64,000 nucleotides of DNA from Eledone cirrhosa (Eukaryota), in NCBI GenBank assembly GCA_964016885.1, contig OZ024749.1, positions 25,482,001 to 25,546,000 of the forward strand. Reading direction: 5' to 3'. Below, one piece after another: positions 26,834-41,542 of this stretch. The notes under the pieces were generated by a model. The model saw only the letters and a program-made list of their open reading frames with translations. It was not told the DNA's origin and ran no database searches. Every line of letters begins with the position of its first letter. The first letter of the stretch is position 1. Position numbers and translations under genes: made by a program.

Positions 26834-27242
26834 ATAAAATATTAAACAAATAATGAATAAACAATTCCTTATATTAAACAAAAAAAGTTCATTATTTAAC
26901 GATCGTTTCTAGGATATATATGTGTTAGAGTTGGCATGCATATTCAACAGATCTATGTACAAAATTATACAAAATTATACAAACTATCAAGATTAAATAT
27001 ACATACCAACACATATATACGCCGTCTTCAGAAATAAATTATTTCTGAAGACGGCGTATATATGTGTTGGTATGTATATTTAATCTTGATAGTTTGTATA
27101 ATTTTGTATAATTTTGTACATAGATCTGTTGAATATGCATGCCAACTCTAACACATATATATCCTAGAAACGATCGTTAAATAATGAACTTTTTTTGTTT
27201 AATATAAGGAATTGTTTATTCATTATTTGTTTAATATTTTAT
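26834..27242. mobile_element. Perfect 409-bp palindrome made of two head-to-head hammerhead-bearing units
   Basis: Arms of about 204 bp with a 1-nt loop at 27038. Confidence 0.85.
27039..27184 (+). ncRNA. Type-I hammerhead with very long stem II (mirror copy 26892-27037, minus)
   Basis: TTATTT-CTGAAGA-C-GG cg TATATATGTGTT...AACACATATATA t CC-TA-GAAA-CGATCG-TT-AAATAA. Confidence 0.8.
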
Positions 27243-27373
27243 CTTGACTCTGTATACCGTTTATCTTTCACCGAAAGTGATTTTTCATTACATTTCTTCT
27301 TTCCATGATATCCGGAATACATTGAGTTCTTCATACGGATTGGACACTACCGTAAACTCTTGGTAGATTTATC

Positions 27374-27409
<36 letters not shown>

Positions 27410-27412
<3 letters not shown>

Positions 27413-27599
27413 CGAAGGAAATGTGGTAAGGAACCAGGTGGACCATAACGCACCAAAGTACTCAATACTTAGGGTAGTAGAGTGGGTAATAGGAACGAGT
27501 AGGACCCCGACGGCTGAGCTCAAGCCGTTTCGACGGCTAATTCTGGACAGAATTAGCCGTCGAAATGGCTTGAGCTCAGCCGTCGGGTTCCTACTCGTT

Positions 27600-27604
<5 letters not shown>
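27410..27604. mobile_element. Fold-back pLTR remnant of PLE family P
   Basis: Inverted repeat 27489-27604 centred at 27546-27547; flanked by (TA)n. Confidence 0.75.
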
Positions 27605-27655
<51 letters not shown>

Positions 27656-28035
27656 GATTTATGTTATCGAGAATGTTCTGAGCATTTATGCATTCATTTA
27701 TCTACAGCATTGTCTCGGTGAATTATTGTAATTCACAAATCACATCTTATTAAAACATCAACGTAACATATTGAGTATTGCTCTTTCTTTGGAACTTTAT
27801 ACCTTGGGAGGTGTTATTGATTGTTTCTTGATACGGTGTCTTTCATATCGGTAAATATTGCCTTGAAAAACAACGGCAACTGTAACAAAAACACTAACAA
27901 TAATCACCATCATATCAACGTCATCAACAATAGCAACTCCAACAATATAATCACGAACGATAATATAATCGGTAAGAAAGCATATGCATTTAATCACATA
28001 TAATGATTGCCGAAACACGTGTTTGATGATAAGTA

Positions 28036-28086
<51 letters not shown>

Positions 28087-28131
28087 TGTTATATATAACA
28101 TATATATATATATATATCATGTTATATATAT

Positions 28132-28245
<114 letters not shown>

Positions 28246-28379
28246 TATATATATCATGTTATGTCATGTATTTTGGATGAAACAGATGAAATAAGTAAGA
28301 TGTAAGTATATTGCAGTCTGTTCAAGGCTGGGTTTTTCTCAGACAGGTGCTTTTCTATGTTTCCTTGCCACTAATCTGT

Positions 28380-28680
28380 TGAGAGTACATGGTTTTCCCT
28401 GGTCAGGATGCCTGCCATGTGTAGGTTTAACTCACCAGCTACTGCTGGTACTCACTCTCATCTGTGTGTACTGCAGCAGACATGTGTTTATTCCCGGTTT
28501 CCCTGCTGCTAATCCAATGAGAGTGTAAGACTCTCCCTGGATAGGACGCCTATCTATTGCAGGTTTAACTCACCAACTTCTGATGCTCACTCTCAGCTGA
28601 GGGTACAGAAGCAACATGAAATAAAGTGTTATACTAAAGAACACAACACAGCAGCTTGACCAGGAATCGAACCAATGATC
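28380..28680 (-). mobile_element. tRNA-derived CORE-like SINE remnants
   Basis: GAAATAAAGTG...AAGAACACAAC...GGAATCGAACC (B-box on minus strand); homologous to 59990-60177. Confidence 0.6.
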
Positions 28681-28714
28681 ATACGTAACAACTTATCTTT
28701 GTTGAGATATTAAC

Positions 28715-28897
28715 GATGCATTTCAGGAGACATATATTTTAGCTAGTGTGTTTACTTAAATATATATTTTTACTGAAATATATATTTACTATATATATAG
28801 TCAGATATATGTTTTAAATCAAACGTAATCACCGATCTATATTTAAGTAAACATCCAAGCTTCGAGCAGAAAATATATTTTGCATGAAATGCATCGG
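28715..28897. repeat. Old fold-back with hammerhead-like 3' halves
   Basis: CGATGCATTTCA...TGAAATGCATCG ends (GAAA-TGCA-TC) and an inner TGTTTACTTAAATATA / TATATTTAAGTAAACA pair. Confidence 0.45.
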
Positions 28898-29597
28898 CAA
28901 TCATAGATGTAAGTTTGGCGAAATTATATCTTTTTTACGGCAGACCAAATATATAACCATGATCCGAAGACATGATACTTATTTGCAATAATAAGTAGAG
29001 CAGGTGTTCCTAAAACGGTTGATATGATCCCAGGTTGCCGACTGAATTTGCGTAAGATATTAAGATACATAAACGAATGATGTTTTATATTTAATATGAA
29101 TCATTGTGAGATATGTAATAAATAATTGATACGTATTACAGAAGCGGGTACAATGCAGTAGAAATAATTAAATGGCAAAAGATGATATATAAATAAAGAT
29201 TTTCTTACCCAGTACATGTCAACCGAATATTTCGGGGTTAACATCCATTTTCAAATGCAAGATAAAATGAAGAAAAAAGTAAGCATGTAAAACAAAAACG
29301 AATGCTGTATTCATTCCTTACTGGTCCAAGCCGCTGAATAATGTTTTAACAATAATACGTCTTTATACCGATTAATTTTGGATTATGTTTACTGATTTGT
29401 TTATTTATATATATATATTTTATGGAAAAGTAATGTTCCCATGTATGTGCGAATATTTCCATGATGTTGTCGATGGTCTAAGACGTTTGTTGATGCCTGG
29501 TGTAGAGTATAATTCTTATTATTTCGCTTAATAAAATTCACTCTTACGCTCGGTTACTTTAAATAAAGTAGTAACCACAATCCTTTTCGAACCTACA

Positions 29598-29761
<164 letters not shown>

Positions 29762-30105
29762 GAGATGGATTCTGAAGTTTTTATATACATGCATTCTCGT
29801 CCATTCTTAAGTGTTGCTTTTCTTGAGGCCGTCGGAAACAATATTACCTACCATGTTTGTATAGGTTTTGTGTATCTTTAGCGGAGTGTTGTGAAATTTG
29901 TTTTTTTCCTTAATATTCAAGTGTAATTTCCTATTGGTTGGTGTTCCATAGTTAGCCACCGGTGGAGTTGCTTGAGAAACATTACTTTTGTTGACGGTTA
30001 TAATGTATGGATCACACACATAGGCACACGCACACAGAGATACACATATTTTCGTATATATATACTTATATATGTGTGCATTCTGTATATATATATATAT
30101 ATATA

Positions 30106-30159
<54 letters not shown>

Positions 30160-30203
30160 CATATACATATATATGTATGGATATGCATATGTATACGTAT
30201 ATA

Positions 30204-30237
<34 letters not shown>

Positions 30238-31356
30238 CATGCAAAGACAGTGTGTATATGTGTACGTGCACAGTGTGTCTATATGTGCATGGATATGTGT
30301 ATGTTATTCATATATTTTCTTTCACCACTCTGGTTAACAGCAGCAATTGTTATATACACAGTGTGGTTATTGTTGTTGTTGATAATATTAGTATTATCAC
30401 CATCAACAGTACCATCGTAATAATAATGATAATAACAATAATAATAGAGAAAATTATAATATAGATAGTATTAGTAATCGTTGTATTAGTGCTAGTAACA
30501 ATAGGTTCCACAAAAAAAAATATCAACATCATATGTACGCCCCAAAATGTCTGCCAAACAAACAATTTGGATTTTATGGATGCTATCTCTGCATCTTTGT
30601 GATCTTTAGGCGTTTTATTCATATAAAGTAAGGCTTCAGTAAGAAACATCGTTTTATTTATTATAGCATATAAAGAAAAGAAACCTTCAATATATATCAC
30701 TTTCTCTATCATAACTTCTACCCAAAAGCAAGCCGTACACACATTTACTTCTACTGAGCTTCAGAATTATTTGTAAGTTTTCGTGCGGTTTTATATGGTC
30801 CACAATTAGATAGGTAGTATGTAATAGACTGTGTTATACTTACAACAACAGACGCGCAGAAATAATTCTCTTGAATGTTCTTGAAAGATATTTATTCTTC
30901 TATTTATTACTCAGATTCTATTCCTTCCATTCCGGTTCCGTTCCTTTCAAATTGTTTCATTGCATATCGATGGTTGATATGAAATAGCCGTAATATAGTT
31001 ATTTACTGACCATTATATTTAACATACGGCTGTCTGATATCGTTTATATTGAAATTGTATATTTATATTTATAAACATTATGGGGATCACTTAAGAAGCT
31101 TTGGAAAGCGTGGACCTAAATAGAGATTCAATCACGTCTATCCAATTTCCTTCCTCTCCAGTGTTAGTATACCCAGTTGCTCGAATATTATTATAGTTAT
31201 GTGCATTACAGCGACGATATATTGAATTTCAAATTTATATCTGAATTTTATTTCATATTGCATCTGGTGAAGTATATTTCCGTTCTTGCAATGTAAGCGT
31301 TAACCTAATATATCCCTTCCATATACTGTATTGTGTTATTATTTCTGTTTACCTTT

Positions 31357-31518
<162 letters not shown>

Positions 31519-32068
31519 TGTGTGTGTGTGTGTGAGTGTGAGTGTGTGTATACCATCAGTAGCATTAACTTCACGGGATTCATAATAGAGCAGTATATGA
31601 AGGTATATTTTATATTCTCATCCCGCCAAGGTTAACTTTGCCTTTCATCCTTATGGGGTCGATAAAATAAAGTACCAGTAATACAAAAGTAGAAACAATT
31701 ATAATAAATAATACTTATTATGAATATTGTTCGTTATGATCATGTCACAACTAATTCTCAGAAACCACACTTTAATATTTCAGACTCTATCAGACTCTAT
31801 CAGACTCTATCAAAGCTACTGCAAATTAATCCCAGCCAGATAACTTTGCATATTATGTAAATTAGCAGCACCAGCAAATGTTTTATATACCAAATGTATA
31901 GATAAAGAAGAATATAACACTAGTGTCTGGCGTTCTCACACTGTTATTCAGGTAGCTGGAACAGGATTAGGTTTTTAAATACCCATAGCGAAAATTATCT
32001 ATGTATATTATACAAAAACATATATCTAATTTTATATACACCTCTGTTTTACCCGCATATATATAGGG

Positions 32069-32112
32069 ATCATCCTGATGAGCACCAGTTAAATCCGAAA
32101 TGTATCGACGAT
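32069..32112 (+). ncRNA. Degenerate minimal hammerhead
   Basis: ATCATC-CTGATGA-G...C-GAAA-TGTA-TC-GACGAT; stem II is poorly paired. Confidence 0.55.
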
Positions 32113-33006
32113 TGTCCCCCTTGATGTTTCTGGACACCACCACAAGGCGATAGCCCCGATGTTTTGCTTAGCTACGGCTTTCTAAATGTTTATCTATAAA
32201 CATACCGTATTTCTTTAGAAGTACGAAATTAAACTTGTTAAAACGCTTGTTTACGAAAACAATGTATGATAACAAAGGGAAGTAATGCCAAGATATGAAT
32301 TTGAAATATATACTGTCACGCACAGTCTGACACACATATATATATAAATATATATGTATCTATCTCTCTACTTATCTACCCATTTATCTATGTGTATATA
32401 CATAATTGCAGATACATATGCGTGTGTTTGAGCGTGTGCCCTTATATACAAATTGGTTGTTGTTGTTTTCACAATAACACGCAAAGTTTTCATACACAAA
32501 TGCGTTAGACGTACACAGATTTTTATATAATTGATTGTTGAAAATGAATAAGGTTTTCTCCTAAGTAAATATGAGTCTTTATGTTGTTTGCGTGTTTGTG
32601 CATGGATTCGTTTTACGATTTTTGACATGAAAATTATCTCTATTTTTCTGTTTACTTACTCCATTCACCTCTCCTCATTCTATCACCATCATTTTCAGCT
32701 ATATATTATTTACAGTCCTTTACTTAATCTCCAATCATAATGATTGGGGAAAATATTAGTTTATATTTATGTATATGCTTATTTGTTTTGTGCATTTATG
32801 TCTTAATGATGTATATTATGTCTGCTGGCATAACACGGTAAACTCATACATGTTAAATCCTCATTTTGATTAATATATAAAGCACGGATGTCAAAATGAT
32901 TTGACGAACGTTGCTGATTTATCAAAAGTTTCTTACATTCACAAAGAACATATGTATGCAGTTCTATTATATATAAATATATTTACATATATATACACGC
33001 ACACAG

Positions 33007-33040
<34 letters not shown>

Positions 33041-33046
33041 GCGTGT

Positions 33047-33099
<53 letters not shown>

Positions 33100-33188
33100 C
33101 ACACATGTATATGCATTTATATATCTATGTATATATCTATACACATACAACTATATATATATATATATGTATATATCAATACACATAC

Positions 33189-33275
<87 letters not shown>

Positions 33276-34377
33276 TGCAACTATATATATAGTCTGATAA
33301 AATGCAACAGTATTTGAGAAGTATGTAAGCATTCGTGAGTAATTTCATAAAGCATACTTTAGACTAATGCAATCACCACGCTATGACATGTGATATAGAG
33401 TTTCGGTATAAAAACCGAACAGTTTTCGTTTTGCTACGCTCCTCATATTTCTAAATTATAGCTATATGGTTAAGTAGTACACATTGAAAGTACATGGAGA
33501 GCGATTCAGTGCAAATGTGTGCTACTTTATACAAAAATCTTATCTGTCTGTTAAAGTCAAATCCACGTAATTGAAATTTACTCGGACAAAATGTGTTTAC
33601 CCGTCGAAAACTCGATAAAATTATGGGTTATGTTGGTGGGCAGTTTACGCTAACCCCTAAACGGTTCTTAACCCCAACGTTGCCAAATGACGATTTGTGT
33701 TTTGTAAATACTGCACAGAATATGTGTGTGTGAGATGAAGAGAGAGGGCGAAAAACTGGTTTTTCGCAGAAAATTAAAAGAGATCACACTTAATTAAGGT
33801 CACACTATCTTGGGTGCCATATGACTTATTCTACAGGGTTACTCTCATTTTTTGTTTACATGAATTACTGGCATAATTATACGCTACATGAAACGATCTG
33901 TACAGGGATTGTTCACAGTCACACCTTTCGAAACTAAAAAATAAGCCGTGACACACATGATTCATTCCTTGCATAATTTAGTCGATAGGGGACAGTTAAT
34001 GAAACGTGTGTTGTTTTTGTTCAAACGCCCCTGCTAAAAATAAATTCATGTACATACATATATAAATATATATAATTGAATAAACAAGAGAGATTAACAC
34101 TAATATAAACATACATGTGTTCGAATCGTAAGGACTAAAATTTGCTAGGGGGAAAAATACTACTACAGCAATATAGTCTGTTATCCTTAAATTTAAATAT
34201 TAAATTAAGAAAAATAAAGAAAAATAACAAAACTATATTGGGCACAAATGCCTGGTAACAACTAGACGGTATTGGAGACTGTTTCGCAACGACTTATTAA
34301 GTGAAGTTCTCGCGTTTCTCTGCTGCTCAGTGGTTGTTGAGAAATTAGTGATCCTTTCACTAGTTGAGTTCTTAACT

Positions 34378-34463
<86 letters not shown>

Positions 34464-34465
<2 letters not shown>

Positions 34466-35060
34466 CGGATCACTCTTGAGTGCTACTGGTAACATGTAAC
34501 CCGGTACAACTTGTCGCATGGTCGGGTACTCGGCGACTAAAACGGCAACCCTACCAGGTTTACTTGGTGAGGAGTGTGATTTTGGACACCCTGCAGGACA
34601 AAATACAAAACGTGACAAAGGGCGGACGAACTCATAAGAGTCAACGGCCATCCAAAAGTGTGTTAATATGTAAATACACATGTACATATGTATGTATATG
34701 TGTATATTCATAGGTGCATGTGTATATATATGCGCGGGGATATAGAAATAGTCGGGCTGGAAACCCCGCTGTTAAACCAGTGGGAATGAAGGACCCCTAG
34801 CCTTTGTCAGGGCATTCTTCTAGGAGAAGGCAACTCAGGAAACTGGGTTAACTCCGACATAAAAGATGCGGCTCAGTAGTTACCGATGATGTTGATCTTT
34901 TCTTCTTTTCGGGTTATAGCTACTGACGCTCAAAGAGTGGAATTGGCTCAGTGCACATCTTTCCTAACTTTAAAAAATATCCTCACGCACAGGCATTGCA
35001 CGATAGAATTAATTAATAATTATTAATAATGGTATATCGTGCAATGGCCATACTCGATAA
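34464..35060 (+). mobile_element. Non-autonomous RTE-related retroelement, family G
   Basis: Homologous to 25017-25545, with an internal TA/TG-rich expansion. Confidence 0.65.
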
Positions 35061-35118
35061 TGTATGTATGTGTGTTTTTATATGTAGAATAAAGATGGTT
35101 ACACATGTCCATCGCCCG

Positions 35119-35236
<118 letters not shown>

Positions 35237-36099
35237 ACTTCATTTTTGAATTTGTTTTGCAAGATTTCTCATCAGAAAACGTGTGTTGAAACAGATATTG
35301 TTATACTTTGTGAGTATCATGTTGCCATTAAAAACACGGAAGAGATTTGACAATATATAAACAACCTTATGGTTATCAAATCTCCAACCAACCTGAAATA
35401 TATAAATATAAATTGTAGTGAAAACCAACAGGTGTATGTGTTTTTATTGGCAACATAACCATCCCAAAGTATAACAATATATATATATATATAAAACTAT
35501 ATATATATATATAATTGTAGAGATATGTATAGACATAGATATACACATATATTACAGATATAAATACATACATACAAACATACGTTCATACATACATACA
35601 TACATACATACATACATACATACATACATACATACATACATACATACATACGTTCATACATACATACATACATCCACATATATATATGCAAACAAGATTA
35701 ATATGGCTTTCAAAAGTAAATCAATAATGTTATTGTCATATAACAAATAAAAGAGTTTTCTTCGTTTGTTTCTCGAAGAAACGAAACAATTTATGAATAT
35801 TCAAGAAGTAATTAGAGCTAATTATGTTGCTAGGATACGGTAATATATAATGTGTGGTTGTCATGGTAGATGTTAGAGTGCGTTTCAGTAGATTTGGGAG
35901 ATGGGGGAGAGGATGAGGAGGAGGTGGAGGAGGAGGTGGTTGAGAAGAAGAAGAAGAAGAAGAAGTAAAGGAAGAAGAATAAAAACGAAGTAGTAAAAGA
36001 AGAAGAAGAAAAACGAAGAAGTAAAAGAAGAAGAAGAAAAACGAAGTAGTAAAAGAAGAAGTAGAATAAGACGATGAAGTAAAATAATAATAATAATAA

Positions 36100-36130
<31 letters not shown>

Positions 36131-36495
36131 AAGAAGAAGAAGAAGAAGAAGAAGAAGACATAAAACAAAGTAAATATAATAAATAGATAAATAACTATAT
36201 AAACATAAATAACTATATGAACAAAAAAACCCCCAAAGAATAAAAGAAAAAACAAATGACTAAAAGAAAAAACGAAAGAGGAAAAGCAAGGTAATGGGAG
36301 AACAGAGGAGTAGGGAGAGGATAGATAGATAGTATAAATAGAGATAAATTACTGATTAAATATTTCATTACCAGTTGTAACCGGATTGTTTATTAGTCTG
36401 TTCGCTAAGTAGAAATGTCTTTTTTTTTTATCTGTTTACTACTGTGTCTTTTGCTATCTACGTAATTCTTCTTCCTGCTTGATCTATGTACACAA

Positions 36496-36579
<84 letters not shown>

Positions 36580-36606
36580 TTATGTATGTATGCATGTAGA
36601 TATGTA

Positions 36607-36649
<43 letters not shown>

Positions 36650-36756
36650 TATATATAATATATATATATATATATAAAATATAAATATATATATATAATA
36701 TTTATATATACGATATACACACATATATATAAATATATATATATATGTAAACACAC

Positions 36757-36867
<111 letters not shown>

Positions 36868-37052
36868 CATATGTTGATATATATATTTGATTTACACTTA
36901 CGAAGATACATATATATATATCCATATATATATATATTTATATGTGAGGGGTGCATGTGCGTGTGTATGGGTGTGCGTTTGTGCGTGTATGTATGTGTGT
37001 GTATCTGTTTGTTTGTGTTTGTATGTATATTTGTTATTTATATATATGTATG

Positions 37053-37202
<150 letters not shown>

Positions 37203-37403
37203 ATATATATGCTTATATGTACGTATGACTGGCTAGATCTATAATTTAATATTGGGTGTTTCTCGTTAGTAAAACAAAGACCAAGTATAAATCTGAACTC
37301 AATACACATTTTAATTAGAGTTAATGTTTCAAATATTTATATTTATTAGAATTCAATGCCACCCTGTACGTTTCCTCAATTTTCTATTATTTAAGAGAAT
37401 CAA

Positions 37404-37454
<51 letters not shown>

Positions 37455-37621
37455 CTTGATACTCTTCGCTCACGAAGAAAAAGATTTTTTCATAACGAAA
37501 AAATTGTATATATATATACAATTGTTTTGTTATGAAAAAATCTTTTTCTTCGTGTGCGAAGCTACCCATATTGTTGTATATAAACATACGATACATATTC
37601 ATATATGTTCTCATATACACC

Positions 37622-38301
37622 TCTATTATGCTCAACTGAATGTGAAAGGAACTTAACATTGTGACTTTAACACGGCTAGTGAGCAGCCCCGAGCAACGCC
37701 GGGCTTTACTGCTATAGGCGATAAAGTTGTGCAGACAAACAGTCGTGCAGAGAGGTGATATATGCGATAAATTTGTGCAGACAGACAGTCGGGCTGATAG
37801 ACGATGGAGGCATGCAGACAGACAGTCGTGCAGAGAAATGATATAGGAGATAAAGTTGTGAGGACAGACAGTCGTGCAGAGAGGGGATATAGGCGATAAA
37901 GTTGTGCAGTCGTAAACTGAGGTGATAGGCGATACAATTACATTTTTTTTATTTATTTTTTATGTTTATCCAATTTCTTTGTTTCAAAATAACTGATAGT
38001 TTGGTTTCGCTGATGTTTTTCTCTGAGACAAGTGTTGCAGTGTTTACATTTTCGATTTTTGTCAATAGATTACCAGTGCAGTTTTTATCCCCAGCATCCT
38101 CTTTTGTTTTAACATTCGAGTTATGGTTATGTTTTCTTAACTTCATAAGGCATACTGTTGGTTGAGGCAGTATTAATCAAAAGTACCACACGAAAGTCTA
38201 CACTGTCGACTCTACAGTTTTTAAGCGAAGAAAGGAACTTAACATTGTTATTTTAACACAGCTACTGAGCAGCCCCGAGTAACACCGGGCTTTACTGCTA
38301 G
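37622..38301 (+). mobile_element. Non-autonomous Helitron-like element with an internal minisatellite of about 40 bp (37713-37935)
   Basis: 5' TCTATTAT; 3' hairpin CCCG agtaacac CGGG followed 8 nt later by CTAG|T at 38298-38302. Confidence 0.65.
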
Positions 38302-38429
38302 TGTGTATATATATATAAATTTGAGTATATGTTGGTTAATTACCGACACTTCAGTATGCAGGCTAGACTAGAGCACTCAACGAGCTGCATAGGTGTGTCT
38401 ATTTTCTCCCGAGTAATTAAAAACAAGAT

Positions 38430-38716
38430 TTGTAAGTCAACAGGTTAAAATTAACTTTGTTTATTCATATTCGCTACTATATCTATTTCGGTGATAACCA
38501 TTATTCAACAGCTTCGACCTCATAGACAGTTAGAACTTAAACAGAAAAAAGAGGAAAACATAATGGTGGAACAAAATTTGTCCCGTTAATTCGTTGATAT
38601 TCCCAGATCCAAATCCAAAGCCTGGTGTTGCGCTCCCAAAGAACTGGCGGCACCTAAATATATATTGCAGCGAATATGAATAAACGAAGTTAATTTCAAC
38701 CTGTTGGCTTACACTT
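38430..38716. mobile_element. Fold-back pLTR-like remnant with degenerate hammerhead at 38474-38529 (minus)
   Basis: Inverted ends of about 60 bp; minus strand CTGT-CTATGA(one base missing)-GGT...ACC-GAAA-TAGATA-TA-GTAG; related fragment at 12338-12395. Confidence 0.5.
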
Positions 38717-38740
38717 ATTTTATATATATATATATATGCA

Positions 38741-38819
<79 letters not shown>

Positions 38820-38938
38820 AGTGGTAGAACACTGGAAGGTAATATCCGAAGTTGGAGAGCACTCAGTCCATGGGACGAGGATCCGCTAAGGTAAAATAAT
38901 TGTTCTCGGTATGGTGAACTAACTGTTGTGTAACCACT

Positions 38939-39009
<71 letters not shown>

Positions 39010-39536
39010 GGGAAGAAAGAGGAAAACTGCGTGGTTGCACATGGGTTACATATTATAAAATTACTCCCTCATCAGTGATTTGCCAACCATCATTGGTATT
39101 TCATCGCATTAAAAATCATATACCTCAGGTTGGTGCGAGCAATAACTAAAATAAGCTATTGGGACAAGTGAATCGCGTAAAGCGAGTGAGACAAGTAAAC
39201 AACATAGAAGGAAAAGCAAACCGAAGGTAAGAAAAAAGCAAGCAACATGATGGTTATCCGATCAGCATAAGCTGGGTGAATTTCATGAGCGGTCAGAAAA
39301 CAGACCGTTCGACGTGAATGAGATGTGAGAAAGAAAGAATCCCTCTACTAATGAACGGAAGGAAGGATATATATATATATATAGTGTAGGAGGTGAGTTT
39401 TATTGTAGTACAATTAAGCAATGCAGATATCGGATAAGAAGCACTCTACAGTTTGTAGGACTGGAGTATACATAATATATAAGAACAAAAGATGGTTAAG
39501 AACAAAACCATCTTTTGTTCTTATATATATATATAT

Positions 39537-40530
39537 AATGAAGGGAGTGTTGTAAGGAACCAGCTGGACCAAAATGCACCAAAGTACTCGATATTAAGGG
39601 TAGTTGAGTGGGTAATAGAAAAGGAGTCAGGACCCCGATTGCTGAGCTCCGGTCGTTTCGACAGCTAGATCTGAACTAACCAGGTAGTGTTAGGACGGTA
39701 GTAATCTAGTTGAACATATCAAGAGGTACAGTTCATATATGGGCATGTAATGGAAGCATAGCAGTAGTATCATATCAAACAATCCTAAAAATAGTTGTTT
39801 TGGGGGTGTCGTATACATGGTTAAATTCCTTCCTAGCGTGTGGAGAGAGGGGGGTGGGGGGCTGAACTTGCCTGTGGATGCGGGGGCCGGTCAGGCGTTA
39901 AGAGAGAATTCATTACAGCTATCTCTAAAGGGGGTAGGAACCTATGATAAACAAGGGATAGTGTAGAGTGAATATGAGTATGCCATGTCTGACATTGGCT
40001 AAAGAGCAAAGTAAATATAATTTAATACTAATTAAATTCCTAATTAATAAAATTTAGTTATTAGTTACTCTAATACACTAGAATGACATCTCAAAGTAGT
40101 AATATATCAATATTATCTTCCATTATGTTACAAAAAAAAAACCGCTGGTTATCTGTTCGGCCGGTGCTATGTATATTTAACAGGAGTGAACATACTTGGG
40201 TTAATAGAAGAATGAAAACTGAATATAATAGTATAGATATGCAAAAAACTACCTAAGTGTAAATAGAGTGTGGAAGAAGGAGGAGGGGGAGAAGGAGAAA
40301 AAGAAGAGGAGGTATGCTTGGGGTTTCCTCAGTCTTAGATTGTAAATAGGAAAACGATACAGCCGAGGTCTACCCACCCGCGTCGTGAGGCGGTTTGAAG
40401 ATGAGATGGGTCCTATGTATTCTGTGTTTACACGAGGTAACAAGTTCATCCTTTGTGTTTAAGTGTTGGTCCTTTGCAAACAGCATTTGAATCGTTTCCT
40501 TCGAGCATAAATTACACGGACGTCGTCCTC
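39537..40530 (-). mobile_element. 3' portion of a Penelope-like retroelement (ORF end, 3' UTR and family P pLTR with degenerate hammerhead 39632-39727)
   Basis: Endonuclease C-terminal motif at 40370-40528; pLTR homologous to family P fold-backs; both ends on (TA)n. Confidence 0.8.
40370..40528 (-). pseudogene. PLE GIY-YIG endonuclease C-terminal fragment
   Basis: Manual translation [52 protein letters not shown] fits the CxLCxxE...LNxxxELxxxCxH ending of PLE endonucleases; not in the ORF track. Confidence 0.78.
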
Positions 40531-40539
40531 ATATATATA

Positions 40540-40664
<125 letters not shown>

Positions 40665-40778
40665 TATATATGCATATAGATATATTATATGTATATATGT
40701 ATTATTTATGCATATAAATATATATATATATACATATAGAAATCACATGAATCAAAGTTCTGTTCAAACCATTTATTA

Positions 40779-40823
40779 GCTTACAATTGTTTCATCCAAA
40801 CCGAGGTTTGGGGTCTTCGGAGC
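40779..40823 (-). ncRNA. Minimal type-I hammerhead, CCGAAGA core variant, within repeat 40740-41095
   Basis: Minus strand: GCT-CCGAAGA-CC-CCAAAC ctcg GTTTGG-AT-GAAA-CAATTG-TA-AGC. Confidence 0.75.
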
Positions 40824-41331
40824 AATTTTTCAATGATTGTTTACATACATGACCTCCTTTCCAACACAAAAGACATACAGAAACATATGTATATATCGAT
40901 GCACAGTGGGGTGACATCCATTATAATATTTATGCATGGCAATTTAAATTCAAAAATTCAAATCATATTAAAACAAAATTAAAGTTAAAATACAACATCG
41001 GCAGTTTACGAAGATAATGCAAGAGGATAGTTTGTTAGTCATTTGAAGTAGTTAGTGCATGCAATAGTTACACTTGGGGAATGCACGTGTGTCTTATATA
41101 TATATATACATATAACAAAAGGTGTTTGGTAAGAAAGCAGGTGGACCATAACCCACCAGAGGGCTCGATACTTGGGCTAGTAGAGTGGGTAATAATAATC
41201 TAGATCCGAATATATCCATCTATATATATATATATGAAGTAATTCCGTCGGAAAAGTCCAGGAAAAAAGAGTGCTCTATGTAGGTAAGAGAGCTTAATAG
41301 TTATGTAATAAACAACATAAGGCAATTATTC

Positions 41332-41386
41332 CATTTACCAGTGGTTTCTTAAAAGCAAAAAATGTTTGCTTTCAATCATCAGAATG
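41332..41386 (-). ncRNA. Type-I hammerhead, canonical core (left arm of palindrome 41297-41545)
   Basis: Minus strand: CATT-CTGATGA-TTGAAAGCAAA cattt TTTGCTTTTAA-GAAA-CC act GG-TA-AATG. Confidence 0.8.
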
Positions 41387-41456
41387 AAAAAATCCTGGTC
41401 TGTTTATTGAATTTGGATTTTAAAATCAAAATTCAAAGAACAGACCAGGATTTTTT

Positions 41457-41510
41457 CATTCTGATGATTGAAAACAAAAATGTTTGCTTTTAAGAAACCA
41501 CTGGTAAATG
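41457..41510 (+). ncRNA. Type-I hammerhead, canonical core (right arm of palindrome 41297-41545)
   Basis: CATT-CTGATGA-TTGAAAACAAA aatg TTTGCTTTTAA-GAAA-CC act GG-TA-AATG. Confidence 0.8.
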
Positions 41511-41542
41511 GAATAATTGCCTTATGTTATTTATTACATAAC

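Noticed and set aside
30350-30742. 130-aa minus-strand ORF as a host exon
   Set aside because: No recognisable domain and about a third is low-complexity
39060-39080. CTGATGA on the minus strand
   Set aside because: No GAAA after the candidate stem II; the sequence runs into a (TA)n tract
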